Positions 34,401-42,770 of a stretch of 64,000 bases of DNA are shown in pieces (position 1 is the first letter of the stretch; every line of letters begins with the position of its first letter). Source of the DNA: Schmidtea polychroa (taxonomy: Eukaryota); assembly GCA_044892525.1 (NCBI GenBank), contig CM097885.1, positions 139,500,001 to 139,564,000 of the forward strand. The letters are read 5' to 3'. The notes below the pieces were generated by a model. The model saw nothing but the letters and a program-made list of their open reading frames with translations, was not told where the DNA came from and searched no databases. The position numbers and the translations under genes are program-made.

Positions 34401-37400
34401 CACATTTCGGCTCCTGTCGGCCATCTCACTAATAGCGGTGATCTTTCTCCTGGTTCATCGTCACTATCTTCCAGGATTATCTCTTCAACTTCTTCAGTTT
34501 CATTAGATTTACTTGGTGCTTTGTTCGGACTTGGAGTACTCAAACTGCCTTTTGTTGGTTTAGTAATTTTACTTTTCCTTTTTAACGGTTTCCCCAACGT
34601 TTCGGCCATTGTTAATACATTTGTCTCTTCCAATCTCATGGGTGTTATTCCGACGTCTGCATTATCGTCTAGTGATTTTCCGAATAGTTGCAGATGGAAT
34701 GGAGTTTCATATGCTAATTTCTTTTTTAATTCTCTAATTTTTGTTGTTGGATGCACCTCTAGTTCTTCGATGCTCTTGTCCGGGTACTTGATTCGGATGT
34801 GATACCTCTCTTGGGTGTCTTGTGCCCATTCCTGATTTCTCCATTTTCGAATAATTTGTTCTAGCTGTTCTGGATACCATTCATTATATTGCCGGTATTC
34901 CTCTATTGCCTTTGCCATTCCTCTCAGATTGTGGATGTTCTCTGATGTCTTTAAGATGATGTTAGCCAACGCTACTACTTGGCGTTTTTGATTTTTCGCT
35001 CCCATTGCTAAGATATCGCCTAATTGTTTATATCTTTCTGTCTCTTCTCGTTCTCTTGCTTCCGTCGCTTCCTCGCCGTCCATATCAGCATATTCACGTT
35101 CCTTTTTCCTCATTGCATGAATATGTCTCGCTTCATTTTCGCTTTCTGATGTGACATCCGTCTCGCTTTCGTCATCTGATGTCTGTCCCCTTGCTTCCTC
35201 TTCATATTCTGGAGGTTCCTCTTCTTCTTCCTCCGTTTCACTTTCTGTCTCACCAATGTCTGTTTCTACGAAGATTCCTTTCCGGATTTCCCATTCCTTA
35301 TTTTCAGCATTCCACACTCTTTCCCATGGGGTTCGTCTGCAGGATCTGGTGCTTAATTTCGTGATTTTTCCTTGTAGTTCTTTTTCTTTTAACCATTGTT
35401 GGTGGATTTCAATTATTTCTGTAGATTTCTGATATAACGTTTTCATCCGGTCTCGTATTTCTTTTTGATAGATTACATCTCTTGTTCGAAATTCATCCAT
35501 TGGTACTATCCTGATGATCTGATGATTGTCCCACATACCCAATTCGCTTAACGAGGTGTCGTCTTCTGCTCGTAATATTATTTTATCGTACATCATGACT
35601 ACATCATCCACCATACCATCACTACTTTCGCTACGTACCTTTTCCGTTATCTCTTGGTTTATCTTTGATACCAAGTCATCCACTGTACTCTGATTGCTCA
35701 TTTTTATTCGTCGTTTTTCTTCGTTCGGTAACCATATGGTTATTTCCAACCTCTGTGGCTGGGTTTCTTTCAACCTTCCATATTTGTGGATCAAATTTAT
35801 GGTTCTCCAATCACTCATCCGGAGCATTTCTGTATCTCGCAATCGGCTCATTAGTTCGTACATGGCTGGGGCTCGTCTGGTGATGAGTAGATCCCAGTTG
35901 TCTTCCACTTGTTCTTGAATTTGTTTGATCAGCTTATCCAGGTTTCGTCTCAGAGTACATTGTTTTATTTGTTCTAATTTCAATTTGATATTAAAATCAT
36001 ATTCTGCCTTGGCATCTTTAGCCCAATCGTAAAGGTTGGCTGGTTGTTTTTCTTTATGCAACTTTAGTATTTGCGTTTCTCCTGGCCATATTAGTGCATC
36101 TACTAAGTGCATATCTGGTTTAATCTGTTCTCCTTGGTATTGATACAGATATTCTTTCTTTCTCGAACTTCCCAAATGTTCTCGTATCCAATCGAAAAGT
36201 TCGTCGGTGACTGTATTTTTTATCCACATTCTTTCAAGTCCTCTACTCGTTCCGATTTTTATTACATACCGCGTGGTATCGGCCTGCTTCATTTTTCCCA
36301 TATACTTTTTTATAATTGATTTTTCTTCGTTTGGTATTAGATCTTTCTCGTTTCTTTCCAATTTCATCACTTTTTGCACGAATCGCCTGAATGGTATTAC
36401 GTCGATGAACTCTTGGTTCCTCACTACTACTGGGAGTATTTCGGCTACCTGTTTTATCGCTTCCTCCCTTGCTTTTCTCAACTTTATTTCGATATCTTCG
36501 TCTTCACTTTCACTGGTTATCTCGCTTTCGCTTTCTTCTTCTTTGATTTCCCCTTTTGGAGGTTCGCTTATTTTATTCGGCTGTAGTATTTCTCCACCCA
36601 AACTACTTACATAGTCTTCTTCTTCGTCTGACGATGCTACCTCTTTTGTCCTTTTCATCATATTGATTTGCAAATTTCTCATCCTTGGTACTCTCTTTAG
36701 TTTCTTTCTTTCGAATATCGTTGTTTCTTCTGATTCTAATTCTTGTAGCATTTGGTGGTTTAGTTGACTGGTTTGTTCCTTGCTCTTGTTATTTTCATCT
36801 TCTGTCTCGGCTTTCGCTTTATTATGTTCTTTTTCGATTTTATCTTTTATCTTTTTCCAGAATATTTTCTGAATTCTCTGGTTTCCTTTTAAAATCGTGG
36901 TTGAATTCTCTGTTTTCATTTCCGTTGTTGTTTCTGTTACCTTTTCTGGTTCAGTCATGGGTACTACCCTTGGGTTTTTCCCGTAATTGTAGCAATACTG
37001 GCTTTTCATGTCTTTTACTAACTTCATCATATTAATTCGCAATGGTTGTTCTTGTCGTTGTTGGTTGCGTTCTTGTTTTATCCTCTCTTCCTCGGCCTGT
37101 AGTCTTTGCCATTCTTGTACATGTTGATGCACTTCATAATTGTTGAGATTTTCGGTACTCCTCATCATACGTATATTCTGGGTTTGTTGTGGTGCTGATT
37201 CCGGTCTCGGTCTCATCATTTGTTGCATCATCTGTTTCATCTGCGAGATTTCCTGCATAACGTTCATTTGTTTTCCTTCGCTAGGGTTACTTTGTCGTTG
37301 CGGATTCGCCATATAATTATTATTTCGCTGTGGTGGTCGTTGTTGTTGGCCCCTTTCTCGGCAATCTCTGGAGATGTGACCTGGCTGACCACAGTTAAAA

Positions 37401-38266
37401 CAACCTCTCAATTGGCATACATTTTCGGTATGTCCACGCCGTCCGCAACGATTACAATTTGAATTTCTATAGCAATCTCTGTCCCAGTGTCCTGGTTTAC
37501 CGCATGTTCGGCACTGCTTGTTATCGTTCATATTTCGTCGATTATTGAAATTGTTCTCATTATTCGGGTTGTTACGATTACCATTATTCCCATTTGATCG
37601 TCCTTGTGGTGGTTTGAAAATTTGGTGCGCTCCTGGTATAAATTGATTCATTTTCGGTTCTTGATTGTTGTTATCTCCGTTATCCGCTTTCGCTATTGCT
37701 GTCATTATCCTTCCCTCCTCTTGCATAATATTCATTTGAGCTGGAAGGTGGAGCTCGCATCTTGTAGCCCAATCTATGGCTTCCTCTAATGTTTTGCACA
37801 TTTGACAACCTACTGAGGCTCTTACTTCTTCTCGGCGTAATCCCTCTATGAAATAACCGATCAGATTTTCTTCGGGTAATTTTCCATTCATTGCTTTCTT
37901 CGCTAATCTCCGCAATTCACTGGCATATAATGTTATCGATTCGTTTGCTCTTTGTTTCCTATTTGCTAGTTCGCCCAACGCCTGGTTGATTGGCTTACTG
38001 GCTCCGAAGGTTTTCTTCAGGAATGTTTTGATATCTTCCCACTTTTCTAATTTCGTATCTCTCTCTTTAGTTTCTAAATATACTTCTAATGCGCTATCGC
38101 ACAAAAACAACGGCATCCTTTTACTAATTGCTTCGGGTGTCCATCCACATACAGTGATATAAACTTCAAAATTAGTTATGAACGTTGCTAACTTGTTTGC
38201 ATTTCCGTTGAACGGTTCTCCTCTGAACTTTTCTTTATACTCGTCGGTTTTTACGACATTCGTCAT
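24413..38266 (-). CDS. gag-pol: Single Gag-accessory-Env-Pol-accessory polyprotein frame (4618 codons) with two internal stops (33134-33136 TAG, 29501-29503 TAA)
   Basis: ORFs 33134-38266, 29501-33109 and 24413-29380 share one frame. The gaps translate without further stops: EDCK*LFRTGALKMHNG and KPIQE*VKKDISFIWEKEQQQAFETLRDKL...PFLLATDAS. Confidence 0.92.
26090..26370 (-). other. Ankyrin repeat block 2
   Basis: SRTPLQQAI, NEQGETAMMYAA, NEGNSTLDWA. Confidence 0.8.
27100..27400 (-). other. Ankyrin repeat block 1
   Basis: DHYGDTPLH, NNQGYTPLMIAA, DHERKNALHHA. Confidence 0.88.
27700..28760 (-). other. pol: Integrase (H2C2 zinc finger, DDE core, GPY module)
   Basis: H-X5-H...CLTC; ISMDVVGPLP, LTDQGTNF, NGMTERFN; GPYEI. 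Confidence 0.97.
29030..29500 (-). other. pol: RT connection and RNase H
   Basis: ATDASGYAAGAIL, NYSVTEREALAII, TDHQPL, NANADCMSR. Confidence 0.95.
29504..30330 (-). other. pol: Reverse transcriptase
   Basis: RFCIDYRKLN, LDLKSGYWQ, MPFGLTNAPASFQR, and catalytic YIDD at 29807-29818. Confidence 0.98.
30740..31100 (-). other. pol: Retropepsin aspartic protease
   Basis: AMIDTGANVSAI (DTG at 31028-31036) and CIIGTDLM. Confidence 0.95.
31570..33463 (-). other. env: Envelope-like glycoprotein resembling chuvirus (Jingchuvirales) G, with own signal peptide and TM
   Basis: Signal MMTMMIWMLCTSGATG; motifs YCGQYS, GSCNGG, LYANNK, DCSLNK, GEVMYTYQC, CANEL, FVQPVTRI, GGMYS, FPARRESIL; TM FGQMMAGILGIILIIQIV. 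Recognised by motif recall, not by search. Confidence 0.75.
33590..34040 (-). other. Divergent Bcl-2-like helical domain
   Basis: Ends in BH2-like HIIRAGGWKRL, preceded by a BH1-position hydrophobic helix HLVVITYLMYNL. The NWGR motif is absent. Confidence 0.55.
34605..34810 (-). other. Ubiquitin-like domain 3
   Basis: YHIRIKYPDKSIEELEVHPTTKIRELKKKL...LQLFGKSLDD matches the beta-grasp pattern. Confidence 0.65.
35500..35755 (-). other. Ubiquitin-like domain 2
   Basis: LEITIWLPNEEKRRIKMSNQSTVDDLVSKI...LSELGMWDNHQIIRIV. Confidence 0.55.
36057..36271 (-). other. Ubiquitin/SUMO-like domain 1
   Basis: YVIKIGT...LFDWIREHLG...YQYQGEQIKPD...LIWPGETQIL. Confidence 0.45.
37361..37513 (-). other. gag: Three CCHC zinc knuckles (nucleocapsid)
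   Basis: CRTCGKPGHWDRDC, CNRCGRRGHTENVC, CFNCGQPGHISRDC. Confidence 0.97.
37760..38266 (-). other. gag: Gag capsid region
   Basis: Retrotransposon-gag pattern RKQRANESITLYASELRRLA...YFIEGL...KTLEEAI upstream of the knuckles. Confidence 0.85.
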
Positions 38267-38925
38267 GATTGGTGTTCTAGATTCGTCTGTTTCTTTTAAA
38301 TTGTCTAACGATGTGACTAAACTTTGGGCTGATAATTCCTCGGTTGACGTTGCTAAACTATTAGTGATGTCGGACAGACTTTCTCTGCTTCGAGATCGAC
38401 TAGGGGTGTATCCGAGATTTTCTTGGTCAAATATAGGTACTTGATTGGTTCTTCTTGATCCTTGCGATATTCCTCTTTGCTGTTTAATAGATCGTCCTCT
38501 TTTGAGTTGTTGTAATTCGTCTCCTGAAAATAATACGTCTCCTGGCTTACTTGAAGATCTAAGATTGGGTTTATCCGTGATTCCTTTCTTACGCTTCTTG
38601 GTAATTAGCGGCTATTGAATTGGACGAGTTCGGTTCTGATTGTGTTTCCTTCGATAAATATTCTGTATGGATCTGCTACTGTGATTCTGAGGAGATTCAC
38701 TAGTCCTTGACAGATGGCTGCTAATATTATGAGGTTGAATATATCGATGATTCGTTCGAAGTTGGAGATATCGCTATCTGTATCTTCTTCCGTTCTGGAG
38801 TCTTCCGGTTGCTGTGTCTCTCGGTGCGGGTTCTGAATGAATTTATTCTTGGTCGATTGTCGATTTCTTCGAATTCCTTTTGTGCAGGTTCTGGATTGTC
38901 TTGGTTGACTGGATTGGTTTGATAT

Positions 38926-38945
38926 CTAAAATGAAAAAATGATCT
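38926..38945 (-). promoter_or_regulatory. Candidate 3' splice acceptor upstream of gag
   Basis: TTTTTTCATTTTAG|AT in A and TTTTTACATTGTAG|AT at the homologous position 1607 in C. Confidence 0.5.
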
Positions 38946-39630
38946 CGTGTTGCATTTGCTTACACGACTTCATCATTCTTTCAACAACGTTCGAACACAG
39001 ACACCTTTTAGGTTCTGTTTATGCTTCCCCTATTTTTTATGCAATTACTTCCGCGGGTTATAATCTCCCATCAGCCCGAATTTTTCGTCGATTTTAAATT
39101 ATCTATATGGGGTAGTAACAATTATCTATCAAGTCGTAATAATTATCTATTCGTTATCAATTATAGTAAAAATAGGTCGTTGTCGGTCTCTGCTTATTAC
39201 CCCCCTTCGTTTTCCTATTCCTTTTGCGCTGTTGTCGCTATTTTACTTTTCATATTTACTATTATTACGCTCGGTTCTACTCTGGAACCAATAAAATGCA
39301 TTTTCCCGGTTTAACCAAAAAAAATATTCCGTAGAGTTTCTCTACCTCACTGGGATCCCTTTAATTAGTTGGTTACTTTCCTCTTTACTCATTATCATCG
39401 TTTCGCCTATTCTTTATTTTCCATTATCTCTTTAATTCGTTTCCTTCTTCCCTTTCCTTTTTCATTATAATCTTATTATCTTTTCCACGAGCTCGTTTAT
39501 TTCCTCTCTAAACTCAAATTTCCGTAATTACATTCAATTTGTTTCTAGCTAGCTTTAATATTCCCTTTCTCTATTAATTCAGATATTAGCTCATTGTAGC
39601 TTAACTGCTATCTCTCGCTTTTCTAGGCCT

Positions 39631-40030
39631 TTACGACTGGCTGGCACTATTCAACAGCTCAATCTTCCTCCTTCTGATCGGTTGGACTATTCGACAACTC
39701 GATCTTACGACTGGCTGGCACTATTCAACAGCTCAATCTTCCTCCTTCTGATCGGTTGGACTATTCGACAACTCGATCTTACGACTGGCTGGCACTATTC
39801 AACAGCTCAATCTTCTTCCTTCTGATCGGTTGGACTATTCAACAACTCGATCTTACGACTGGCTGGCACTATTCAACAGCTCAATCTTCCTCCTTCTGAT
39901 CGGTTGGACTATTCAACAACTCGATCTTACGACTGGCTGGCACTATTCAACAGCTCAATCTTCCTCCTTCTGATCGGTTGGACTATTCAACAACTCGATC
40001 TTACGACTGGCTGGCACTATTCAACAGCTC
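39631..40030 (-). repeat. 74-bp x 5.4 tandem array of alternating 34/40-nt hairpin subunits in the leader
   Basis: Units start at 39631, 39705, 39779, 39853, 39927 and 40001. There are no unique spacers, so it is not CRISPR. Confidence 0.95.
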
Positions 40031-40181
40031 AGCTTTAACATTCTTTACTATGCATGCTTCTACTTCTCTTTTCTTCTTTTACTCAAGATTACCATTTTCT
40101 CTGTCTATTTTTAATTTGTTGACTTAATCTTTACCGCTCGGAAGTGTGTCCCCTTTCCCCCCTTGCTCAAAACGCACGACG

Positions 40182-40251
40182 ATCGCGATGATCCATTTCT
40201 ACATTGGCATGGTGATCAGTCATGCCGCAGAAACTTCTCATCATTTGCGAT
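40182..40251 (-). ncRNA. Conserved leader stem-loop with palindromic UGAUCA apical loop (DIS-like)
   Basis: Four nested helices with compensatory changes relative to 8303-8372. Confidence 0.65.
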
Positions 40252-40594
40252 GGTACCCCGCCCTACGCTCCTCACTTAGGTTGATCGGTTATCCCCTCCC
40301 AATTGGTTTTATCGTATGATAGAACGTACCGCCCTAAGGTGGCTCGGCTTGTACCCTTACAGCCTATATTGGGACTAATTCCACGTTATTTCGGTTTTCT
40401 TTTCGTTTGATTCCAAAACAAAGTTATAAAATAAAATTAAAAGCCATAAATTACTCAGTTCACAACAAAAATTTATTCGTCATAAAAATAAAATTTAAAA
40501 CTTTAATAAAATTTCACACAACAATTACATTCATTCTCATTCAATTGTCAGTATCAATTTGATGTTCATAGATGTCATTGTAGCTGTAACAGTT

Positions 40595-41131
40595 TTATTC
40601 ACCATAATAAACCATATGAGTTTCTTTTATTTCATGCCTACATATCGTACATCGTTTTAAATCGTTCACACATTCTTCGCAGTGACTGAGGTGTCCACAC
40701 GGCAAAAACAGTACGCGAATAGGACGAAGTTTACAAGCACGACAAGTTCGTAGTAGAGTCAGTTTTTCTTGTATTTTCCGCTCGATTGTATCTGATATGG
40801 TATTTAGTGGATCTTTTATACGTTGATAATCAAGATTTAATGCTGGGTGGTTCAATCTCTCTTGATACCATTGATACACGGTTTCCGGGTTTACCTTCCC
40901 CTCTGGGTGACTTAGTCCTGTGGCTAATAACATGTCGTTGGGGACGGCTGGTGTTTGCCCGATTGCTTGAAGTAGTATGATGTTAATTCTTTCTCTTTTT
41001 TGTGTCAGCGTTTTAAGGGAGTCATTCTCGATGTTTATGAAGTTGATTAGTTGTTGTATCTGGTCCACGAATTCCGTCATGTCTATTAAAAAAAATGTTT
41101 CAGTAATATATGACTTCGTTTCGTCAAACAT
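40595..41131 (-). CDS. IAP-type C3HC4 RING protein (no BIR), first ORF after the PBS
   Basis: CRACKLRPIRVLFLPCGHLSHCEECVNDLKRCTICRHEI at the extreme C-terminus, as in IAP E3 ligases. Confidence 0.85.
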   Translation of the reverse strand: MFDETKSYITETFFLIDMTEFVDQIQQLINFINIENDSLKTLTQKRERINIILLQAIGQTPAVPNDMLLATGLSHPEGKVNPETVYQWYQERLNHPALNLDYQRIKDPLNTISDTIERKIQEKLTLLRTCRACKLRPIRVLFLPCGHLSHCEECVNDLKRCTICRHEIKETHMVYYGE

Positions 41132-41381
41132 TCTCTTTTCTAACTCGTTATCATTATTTTACTTTTATCTTATTTCTCCATCATTAAATTTGCTTTATTT
41201 ATATTTTTAATTTTATTATTTTCTATTCGTGATTTATAATAAGATTCGATAAGTATTAGTCAATTTGCACTCGCTAACCCATTGAAATCACTGATCCCCG
41301 GTGAGTTCACTCTATTCGACAGAAATTCACTCAATAACATCCTTATCCAGTTTACACTAGTCAATGGAAATTTCAATCTAA

Positions 41382-41399
41382 ATCCCGGCTGAGCCCCCA
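41382..41399 (-). promoter_or_regulatory. Primer-binding site (tRNA-Pro-like) of element A
   Basis: TGGGGGCTCAGCCGGGAT has 16/18 identity to the canonical tRNA-Pro PBS. A 7-nt spacer TAATTTT separates it from the LTR. Confidence 0.85.
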
Positions 41400-41833
41400 A
41401 AAATTATGTTGCGGGTACACTACTCGGATGACCCCTTTCTAGTGCAACTTTAGTCTAGAGGATGAATGCCACCTCGATTTCGCCCATCATTTATTTGGTC
41501 ATCGCCGAGCGGGACCCGTACATAACTTACACTCCAACATAGCACCCGTGAATTGCTTCACGTTGGAACTGTGCTATGCCGGCGAGACGCCAGTAAGCAG
41601 GTGAGCCAGCTCCTTCGGACTACTCCTTACTGAGGCCTCGACTTCCCAACCCTGACTGCCGATAGAAGGACTTACGTCTACTCATTCCGTCGCCCCATCG
41701 CAATATTTCTAGCTGAGTTTACCAACTGACTAATGCTCCTCATAATTTTATGACTCTCAATACCATTTACCAATTTCAACTCAACTGTCTTAAGATGAAC
41801 ACAAAGAAAAAAAACGTATGCAGACAAAAATGG

Positions 41834-41839
41834 TTTATT
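41834..41839 (-). terminator. AATAAA poly(A) signal copy in the 5' LTR
   Basis: Same site as 15594-15599. Confidence 0.5.
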
Positions 41840-41973
41840 ATTAAGATTATCACACAAATATATCTAACACCTATACAATAAAGTTCACGACAACGGGAAA
41901 AGAGACAAGGTAAAATGTTATCAGACAATGTTCAGGTCAATTCAGAGAACGAAGACTTTTTACGGGGAAGTTC

Positions 41974-42723
41974 TCATTTCTCCCACTCCGAGTCTGCCAA
42001 TAGATCTTCCAAATCGAAAAACTCAGAGGCGTTTTCCTCCCAGGTAACACCAGCGGCGGAGGTGATTCGCCCTGAGATCACTGATGCTAAATCGATTGCT
42101 GCAGGAGGGTTGATGACTTTGATTGGATGATCCGACGATTGCTGGTTCTGTTTGGCGGTCACGCGTTCCCGCTGTTTCTTTTTGCGTTCGGCTCTCGATA
42201 ATTGCCGACGCTTCGGCTTCGCTGCCGTTGGATTGGTCGGGGGTGCTGCAGAGGTAGATGCCATCACAGGTAACGCTTTACTGGTTCCGGTAAAGATGAT
42301 TTCTGGTTCTTTGGGTGAGAGTTCGGTCTCTACGCACCCATTGCAGGACTTTCCGACTGGAGAAGAAGACCCGCCAGAGATATCATGATGCGCTGGGAAA
42401 AGATTACTGGATTCATTAATTGGGATCTTCGCGATCTTCCTTGTAGTTGCTGCCTGGACGTATAATTTGCGCAGCGCCTCCGACTGCTCTTTTATCAGGC
42501 TCCTCTGCGCCCGACTCTCGGAAATCAACGCGTCTCTACAGTGCTCGCTTCGGTGCAGCTTCTTCTGAACCCCCTTCATCTGGGTGGGACTAAACCATGT
42601 CCCCTCCAACTCATCTATCCTTCTTTTGTGCTTTCCGATTTGGGCCTGGAGCTCTTTGATAATTGAATTCTTGTCGGAGTAAGAAAAACAAGGTCGAAGA
42701 ACGGTCTTGGAATTTGGCAACAT
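41974..42723 (-). CDS. LTR-encoded 249-aa protein (coiled coil, TWFSP motif, basic Arg-rich motif)
   Basis: Intact ORF with homologs in LTRs B and C. A splice acceptor lies 10 nt upstream of the ATG. Confidence 0.75.
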   Translation of the reverse strand: MLPNSKTVLRPCFSYSDKNSIIKELQAQIGKHKRRIDELEGTWFSPTQMKGVQKKLHRSEHCRDALISESRAQRSLIKEQSEALRKLYVQAATTRKIAKIPINESSNLFPAHHDISGGSSSPVGKSCNGCVETELSPKEPEIIFTGTSKALPVMASTSAAPPTNPTAAKPKRRQLSRAERKKKQRERVTAKQNQQSSDHPIKVINPPAAIDLASVISGRITSAAGVTWEENASEFFDLEDLLADSEWEK

Positions 42724-42733
42724 TTTTGAGTGA

Positions 42734-42770
42734 CTGTGGAAAAAAATGAAAAATGAAAATAATTAACTCA
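42734..42770 (-). promoter_or_regulatory. 3' splice (or trans-splice) acceptor for the LTR ORF
   Basis: TTTTCATTTTTCATTTTTTTTCCACAG|TCACTCAAAAATG. Confidence 0.6.

Noticed and set aside
24471-38444. Many plus-strand ORFs of 60-146 aa
   Set aside because: They are antisense shadows of the long A-rich polyprotein frame and show no recognisable domains.
39631-40030. CRISPR array
   Set aside because: The inter-repeat segments are themselves repeated, there are no unique spacers or cas genes, and the context is eukaryotic.
40182-40251. C/D snoRNA or hammerhead ribozyme (ATGATGA...CTGA)
   Set aside because: ATGATGA is not conserved in the C copy (ATATTGA), and the CUGANGA/GAAA geometry is missing.
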